A stretch of 64,000 nucleotides of DNA from Eledone cirrhosa. Its lineage: Eukaryota. Within the stretch, counting starts at the first letter, position 1. The number at the start of each line of letters is the position of its first letter. Positions 57,055 through 64,000 of the stretch are shown piece after piece. The stretch spans positions 36,766,001 to 36,830,000 of the forward strand of contig OZ024745.1 of assembly GCA_964016885.1 (NCBI GenBank), given 5' to 3'. The translations under genes and the position numbers were made by a program. Under the pieces are notes generated by a model that was not told the origin of the DNA, made no database searches, and worked only from the letters and a program-made list of their open reading frames with translations.

Positions 57055-57660
57055 ATGGTGTGGCTGCGAACTCGTTTTCGAGTGCGGCAACTACTTTATA
57101 TCCAAGTAGGAGAAACCCTACCGATGCGCTGAACGAGTGTGATTTTTAGTCCAGCCAGCGACTTGAAAACTCTGGTACAAACCCTACACTTGTGACAATT
57201 ATTGGCACATAGTGCTGGGCCCATGGTACCATGTGATGACAAGTGCAGAGAGATCTCCAGATATAAAGCAATGCCTGTGCCGTGAAGCTTTTATAGTGAG
57301 CAAAGGCACTGCACAAAGCCAGTCCCACTCTCTTAACCAAGATGATATTTACCAAAAAGAAGAACAAGTCAACATCATTGGATACCATCAGGGTTGCAGG
57401 TGTTATACCAGAGTTTTCCTTCTCCTAGAATGCTACCTTGACAAAGGGTCATCTCTCCCGGTGATTTTGGATGGCCATTGACTCTTAAGAGCTCCTTTGC
57501 CCTTTGACAGGTTTTGTTTTTAGTCCTGCAGGATGTCCAAAGTCACCCCCCTCACCAAGAAACCTTGGTGGGTTTGCCAGTTTATTAGCCAACGACCCGA
57601 CCATGAGACAGGATGTACTGGGATACATGTTACCAGTAGCACCAACTGGTGACCTGACAT
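57055..57660 (-). mobile_element. RTE 5'-UTR-like non-autonomous repeat inserted in (ATAC)n
   Basis: gagttttccttctcctaga...ccttgacaaagg resembles an RTE 5'-UTR motif (recalled); (ATAC)n on both sides. Confidence 0.4.
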
Positions 57661-57667
57661 ACATACA

Positions 57668-57699
<32 letters not shown>

Positions 57700-57749
57700 C
57701 TAAAACCTTTGTGGCTCAACATTTGAGATATTTCTCTTTCAAGAGCCCT

Positions 57750-58720
57750 TACGTTTTTTAAAATGTACAAAAGGAAATACACAGAATTCTCTTTCTTGTA
57801 TATCTTATACATGAACTCATGGAACATCAAGGTGTCTCATAGTGATAGATCCGAATTAGTCTCTAAACTCCATAGATACTTTACATCAGAAATCTAGACT
57901 TCTATTTCATAAATATTTATAACCACCACCCCACATAGAGCACAGAGACAATAACAAATATTGAGTATTTCCTAGACAAATCTAATCCACGAAGCCAAAC
58001 TCTAATTTCAAGGGATCTCTGTGCATATCATCCATTCTGAAATACTAACATAAGAAAAAAGCACTATAAAAGGAGGAAAATATCTCTTAGATATTATGAA
58101 CAAATACAATTTCATTTTACATACGGTACAGACACTTTAATAACAGAACCTCAATGATAGATCATTTGTGGTCTTCTCCCTTGGCCTCTGCATTTATAGA
58201 AAAATTGGAAATTAGACCATAGTATGTATCATGCCAACAGCACTTTTAATATTGCAATTCGTTTAACCAACGAAAACACTAACAATTTCCAAACTCACCT
58301 AATAAAGCCTGAAGTAAGAAAATATCAGTTTCACAAGACTGACTGAACTAATTATTTAGAAGTTTACTAAGTTTACTAATTATTTAGAAGCAGAACTATT
58401 ACTCCACAACATTATTATACAATATCCAATCAGTTGAAGACCTAAAAACATGTCTACAAATATTTATCGACAAAATACAAGGTACATTCACTATGAATTC
58501 ACCTTTTTCTTACGGCAATCCGAATAAAGATTGTAATAATAAAAACGACAAATACAATAAGGCATCTCGGAGCGAAGAATTAAAATAACTAAGAAAAGAA
58601 ATCCCGACCCCGCACCAACAGACTATCACCTTTTGATCTCAATGAATAATGCAATGCATTCAAAGACCTTCGCCAATGAAGACTAGCTCCTTTTAATACA
58701 TATTAAGCCTCTGTGATGCT
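57750..58720 (+). mobile_element. Highly degenerate APE-endonuclease region of a LINE (I/Jockey-like)
   Basis: YFINIYNH; ISRDLCAYHPF* (like GDFNAHHPxW); SMIDH; YQFHKTD* (like F.KADW). Confidence 0.45.
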
Positions 58721-58857
58721 TATCGTTTTATCCAATCTTTCGGACATTTACCTCTTTGGTTTTACTTTAGATTTATTTGATTTGCCTGGTTAATAATCGT
58801 AGGCAGCACATTGAGCTTCTCAGCGCCTCCTTCGGTTAAAACTAAGCGGATAATTCC

Positions 58858-58913
<56 letters not shown>

Positions 58914-59088
58914 CTATGTATACGTACATACATATATGTATACAGACGTACAGTAGTATGTATATATATATATACATACATTCACGGCCAATTAACTCAC
59001 TCGATATGCAAATTAAGCTGCTCAGCCGTTAATATGCATAAGGAAAGTATATACTTTCAGACGTTCAACCATCTGGCAGGAAGGTATA

Positions 59089-59129
59089 CGTTGCTGACGA
59101 TAGCTAATAAGCTTGAAACTAGTACAGCG
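59089..59129 (+). ncRNA. Minimal type I hammerhead ribozyme
   Basis: cgttg-CTGACGA-t-agc-taataa-gct-t-GAAAC-TA-GTA^cagcg; 5-bp stem I, palindromic stem III ACTAGT. Confidence 0.85.
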
Positions 59130-59418
59130 TTCTTTTGTCAGTGTTGAACAAATGAGCAACGATTGTTGCTAGACACTGTACGGCTTAATTCGGGATGTTT
59201 GTTTACAGACACACCGAGCATTATAATAAATGTTCGGTGAATCCATACGTACATATATATGTGTGTGCATGTATGTATATATATATACATACTACTGTAC
59301 GTCTGTATACATATATGTATGTACGTATACATACTTATATTTCAGTAACAGCCGTACTAAGAGTGAGAAATGAAATTTCGTTTCATTTTTTCCGTTTATA
59401 TATATATTTATATACATG

Positions 59419-59517
<99 letters not shown>

Positions 59518-60343
59518 GTTAGAATATGTGTAATAAGGCCAAGACAATGCAGATATGGACATAGAAAAAAGAATGCAATAGTGAAAGATATTGATGAGAA
59601 TTCGTCTTTCACCTTGAATTTATTTAAATGTCCTTAATTTTCGAGATAATATCTCTTCTTCGGAGGGAAGTAAAAGTCTCAGACCAGCGTCTAAATTTCC
59701 AATGAAGCCATGCTGACCGGAAATAGTATAGAGTTCTAACTTTAATATCAAAGAATTAAAATTAGGTGGGTAAAGAGTAGTCTCCCTTTAAGAGGGGTTT
59801 GTTTATGTTTTTGTTGTGTTTTTTTAAATTTTATATGCGTGCCTGTATATGTGTGTGGGAGAAAGCATGAAGGTGTAGGTATGTGGGTGTGTGTGTGTGA
59901 GTGTGGGAAGATAGGTCTAATCGTAAAAGTGGGGGGTAGGTGTTATCTGGTGTTAGAACTGGTTTTGTGTGTGTATGTGTGAGAGAGAATAAGTGGAGGT
60001 GTGCGCGTGCGTGTGTGTGGGGTGTGTAAAGTGGGGCTAGAGGCCCTATCAGGTTATAAATTGGGTGTTGAGCTCTAGTCTATTATTGATTGGTGGATGT
60101 GTTCTATCTATAATGAGTGCTTCCTTGATTCTAAGATTGCCGAGGTTTCTTTCCTTAGTTTCTATCCTAACTGTTATGTTTTTATCAGTGTTTTTGCATT
60201 TAACTAGGTGTTTCTTGAATGAGGAAGCGTTAGTATTGAGGTGTTCTTTTATTCTTATGTGGAGTGGTCTGGTGGTGTTACCTACGTAGAAGTTGTTGTA
60301 TTTGTCACACTCTAGTCTGTAACGCTCATTTGTCACACTCTAG

Positions 60344-62896
60344 TCTGTACGCCTGAGCCAGGCCCAGTTCACAACTGTAAAGAAACTCTTCCAGCTATCT
60401 GAAAAGCGCGCCAAAGCCGGCTGCCAAATAAATTTCCTAAAACGATGCCTGAATAACAACATCATTCCCAAAACCATCAAAAATTTACACCTACCAACAT
60501 GCTTCAATTCACCAGGCCTCAAACGATCACTCAGTTACATACAAAAATTCTGCCTAAGAAAACTCATACAACACCTACACCGCACGCTACAACATCACAT
60601 ACGGACTATCTCCAGCCTTGTACCACAACTCGCTGAAACCCCAGAACCTCTGTCCAAGGTCATCTCCGCCACTATAGACAGGTCATACCACCACCGCCGA
60701 GACTACGAGAAAATACGCCTAAAACAAAAATTTCTCAAACTCAGGACGGCCAACTGTCTTAACAACATCCCAACGCCAAACACCAACAGAGGCGAACAAT
60801 ACGTTACCAACACCGAACCTAGCGGCACCCCGACCAACAACACACCTGACGCAAAACACCTCGTCACAGACTTGACAGGATCCCTCTCCCGAGAGGAATT
60901 AGACCTCCTCAGCCTGGGTCCCAAGTTCATATTGAAACAGAGACTGGACGACAGACTATGGCCCGACATAGAAACGAATTTCTGTCGGACTGCCTACCAA
61001 CTGAAATGGATATCGACTCTCGACAACAACACCACGGAATCCACCACACCCAGATTCCCGATATACCAACTAGATCGCCCACTCTATCCACCGCCCGCCA
61101 ACCGCGAGCTGGAAGAAAAACTTTCGAGGCTAAAACATTCCGTATTTAACATCTTACGGAAACAGAAGAAGATGGCCCCTAACCTCTCCAGGACACAACA
61201 ACTCGCCCTGAAGAACCTACGGAATAAGGAACTTATTTACTTACCATCCGACAAAGGTAAAGAGTTCTGCGTCATCTCTCAAGCCACATACAATAACCTA
61301 GCCTTCGAACACCTAAGCGACAGTGAACTGTACACAGTGATCCCGGACATGACCGCAGCCCAAATCGAAAAACAGACCAACTCCATTTGGTTCGATATCT
61401 GTAGGAGAAGACAACTCCCGAATAAAATTAAACTCAACTACACCACTAGAAATAGCAGACTGCCCACTTTCTACCACCTCATCAAGACCCACAAGAATAG
61501 CACTAAGACGCATATAAGACCCATCGTCTCTAGCATAGAAGGACCCCTATACAAAATTTCCTGGCTTCTCTCCCAGGTCCTCAAGCCTCTACTCTCCACC
61601 TTCCCCGGACATGTCAGTAGCTCCGACGAAGTTATACGTAGATTACACCAACTCCAGCCAGAACAACTTAAACTTAATAAATACGCTTTTAGCCTCGACG
61701 TTGTCTCCCTCTACACTACAGTCCCCGCTCACCCAGCTGTCGATTTATTGACGGACTGCGTGGTCGCAGAGAACATCCACTGCTACGGCCTCCACCCGAC
61801 GGACATACACCAACTTTTGTCCTTCACAGTCGACAACACGTACTTCACCTTCCACCACCACACATACAGACAGACAACAGGATTACCCATGGGATCCAGC
61901 CTCTCTGGCCTGCTGGCCATCACTTACATGAACCAACTAGAATGCCGAGCCCTCAACACCTGCCATTCCCATGCCTTCTTCACCCGATATGTAGATGACA
62001 TACTCATCCTTACATCATCCCGTGAGGAGGCAGAGAAAATATACACAACATTCTCCAGCATGGACGCCAGTATAAAGTTCAGCATAGAACACCCCGATGA
62101 CCGCGGATCCCTATCCCTGCTGGACTTCCAACTCAGGGTAACAGAGGAAGGCAACATCCACACCTGCTTCTATAAAAAAGCCGCCAGCAGGGACCTGTTC
62201 GTACATTTCAGATCGGCCCTCCCACTCGGTGCCAAGTTCGGATACATAAAGAACGAACTGGCACGTATCAAGAACAAATGCACCGACGCCAGAGACCGAG
62301 ACACACACACCACACATTTCCTGGAAGTACTCAAACTGAACGGATACACGATATCCACCACAAACCGTGCCAGAAAGAACAGAGGACACCACACCCGAGG
62401 CACTAACACTTGCTTCCTGAAGCTCCCACACTTCAGTAAAGAAACAACAACAGCCATCCGCAGAGCCGTCAGACAAGAAGGTCTGGATATTCAACTGGCC
62501 CATTCGGGTCCTTCTTTGCGTGGACGGCTAGCTAAGAGACACTCCACCAGACATGACAACTGCTGCAGACTAGCCAACTGCCCCATCAACGACACAGACC
62601 TATGCCACCAGGCTTACGTAGTTTACAGACTAGAGTGTGACAAATGCAACAACTTCTACATAGGTAGCACCACCAGACCACTCCACATAAGAATAAAAGA
62701 ACACCTCAATACTAACGCTTCCTCATTTAAGAAACACCTAGTTAAATGCAAAAACACTGATAAAAACATAACAGTTAGGATAGAAACTAAGGAAAGAAAC
62801 CTCGGCAATCTTAGAATCAAGGAAGCACTCATTATAGATAGAACACATCCACCAATCAATAATAGACTAGAGCTCAACACCCAATTTATAACCTGA
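60344..62896 (+). CDS. PLE polyprotein: N-terminal domain, reverse transcriptase, Cys linker and GIY-YIG endonuclease (850 codons open, start codon missing)
   Basis: The frame is open from the TAG at 60341-60343. Motifs: NFLKRCLNNNIIPK, LLSLGPKF, PSDKG, RPIVS, SLDVVSLYT, QTTGLPMGSSLS, RYVDD, CRLANCP, VVYRLECDKCNNFYIGSTTRPLHIRIKEH. Confidence 0.93.
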   Translation, partial: SVRLSQAQFTTVKKLFQLSEKRAKAGCQINFLKRCLNNNIIPKTIKNLHLPTCFNSPGLKRSLSYIQKFCLRKLIQHLHRTLQHHIRTISSLVPQLAETPEPLSKVISATIDRSYHHRRDYEKIRLKQKFLKLRTANCLNNIPTPNTNRGEQYVTNTEPSGTPTNNTPDAKHLVTDLTGSLSREELDLLSLGPKFILKQRLDDRLWPDIETNFCRTAYQLKWISTLDNNTTESTTPRFPIYQLDRPLYPPPANRELEEKLSRLKHSVFNILRKQKKMAPNLSRTQQLALKNLRNKELIYLPSDKGKEFCVISQATYNNLAFEHLSDSELYTVIPDMTAAQIEKQTNSIWFDICRRRQLPNKIKLNYTTRNSRLPTFYHLIKTHKNSTKTHIRPIVSSIEGPLYKISWLLSQVLKPLLSTFPGHVSSSDEVIRRLHQLQPEQLKLNKYAFSLDVVSLYTTVPAHPAVDLLTDCVVAENIHCYGLHPTDIHQLLSFTVDNTYFTFHHHTYRQTTGLPMGSSLSGLLAITYMNQLECRALNTCHSHAFFTRYVDDILILTSSREEAEKIYTTFSSMDASIKFSIEHPDDRGSLSLLDFQLRVTEEGNIHTCFYKKAASRDLFVHFRSALPLGAKFGYIKNELARIKNKCTDARDRDTHTTHFLEVLKLNGYTISTTNRARKNRGHHTRGTNTCFLKLPHFSKETTTAIRRAVRQEGLDIQLAHSGPSLRGRLAKRHSTRHDNCCRLANCPINDTDLCHQAYVVYRLECDKCNNFYIGSTTRPLHIRIKEHLNTNASSFKKHLVKCKNTDKNITVRIETKERNLGNLRIKEALIIDRTHPPINNRLELNTQFIT

Positions 62897-63254
62897 TAGG
62901 GCCTCTAGCACCACTTTACACACCCCACACACACGCACGCGCACACCTCCACTTATTCTCTCTCACACATACACACACAAAACCAGTTCTAACACCAGAT
63001 AACACCTACCCCCCACTTTTACGATTAGACCTATCTTCCCACACTCACACACACACACCCACATACCTACACCTTCATGCTTTCTCCCACACACATATAC
63101 AGGCACGCATATAAAATTTAAAAAAAACACAACAAAAACATAAACAAACCCCTCTTAAATTTTAATTCTTTGATATTAAAGTTAGAACTCTATACTATTT
63201 CCAGTCAGCATGGCTTCATTGGAAATTTAGACGCTGGTCTGAGACTTTTACTTC

Positions 63255-63289
63255 CCTCCGAAGAAGAGATATTATCTCGAAAATTAAGG
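63255..63289 (+). ncRNA. Putative minimal HHR in the pLTR (mirror copy at 59632-59666 on -), CCGAAGA core
   Basis: cct-CCGAAGA-a-gagata-t-tatctc-GAAA-ATTA^agg; loop-less palindromic stem III AATT; AATAAA 8 nt downstream. Confidence 0.55.
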
Positions 63290-63448
63290 ACATTTAAATA
63301 AATTCAAGGTGAAAGACGAATTCTCATCAATATCTTTCACTATTGCATTCTTTTTTCTATGTCCATATCTGCATTGTCTTGGCCTTATTACACATATTCT
63401 AACGTTTATACCTCATTACACAATGCTTCAAGTGAACTATAACCTCCT

Positions 63449-63520
<72 letters not shown>

Positions 63521-64000
63521 TATTTTCCGTTGTGTTGTAATATAAATATTACACACAGTAGATTGACAGCTCACGTAGAGTTTGCTCGACGGTTCCAGTT
63601 GAAATTCCAAAAGTAATCCGGAGAAAAATAGAAAGATTTGAATGGATACAGTTTAGTTGAAAGGAATTTATTGACACGTGTTTCTATAACAGTTACATAA
63701 CCTAAAACAGCTGCTATCTACAAAGTATTAGTTATGCAGACAATCAATATTTCAATGTTATTATTTACTGTCATTTCATCAGAATAATATTACTGAGGAC
63801 CTATTTGGTTTTTATAGAGAATATTAGGAGAGATGGGTGAAGTTGTTAGAAGAATAGTTGAGGGGGTGGTTTTTTGATAGCAGTGAGAATTTTTGGTGGC
63901 AGTGAGTAATTAGATTCCCATCTGTTGTTTTGACATTTTTAGAGAATATATTATTGGTTATTTTTCTAAATCTATAGAGGGATTAGAGATAGTAAAGATA

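Larger units (their letters stand above)
59511..63450 (+). mobile_element. Young Penelope-like retroelement with an inverted 5' pLTR (59511-60322, reverse complement of ~62622-63410), inserted in (TA)n
   Basis: RT + GIY-YIG ORF, ~800-bp near-identical inverted repeat, (TA)n on both flanks. Confidence 0.95.

Noticed and set aside
62894-62899. Selenocysteine read-through, as reported for some Naiad PLEs
   Set aside because: There is no in-frame TGA inside the ORF, and the terminal TGA is followed immediately by TAG.

Overview
AT-rich, repeat-saturated eukaryotic DNA with no host exon that I can recognise. The SINE set and the very long (TA)n/(CA)n tracts point to an octopus or other coleoid cephalopod, which is inference. 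The window holds decayed non-LTR retrotransposons (R4/Dong-like RLE, several RTE, Tx1-like, one APE remnant), many tRNA-derived SINEs, a mariner-type MITE and a hAT-type non-autonomous element. Two large minisatellites (18 bp and 37/40 bp units) generate the long spurious ORFs. A young Penelope-like element (PLE) at 59.5-63.45 kb has an uninterrupted ~850-codon RT + GIY-YIG frame and an inverted pseudo-LTR. The main unannotated signal is that many short unique islands between (TA)n tracts carry hammerhead-ribozyme (HHR) motifs, usually followed by a poly(A) signal. These fall into many unrelated families. Two families show the compensatory U3:A8 core, several have long stem-II inserts, and many sit in fold-back inverted repeats. 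All folds were read by eye and none were computed.
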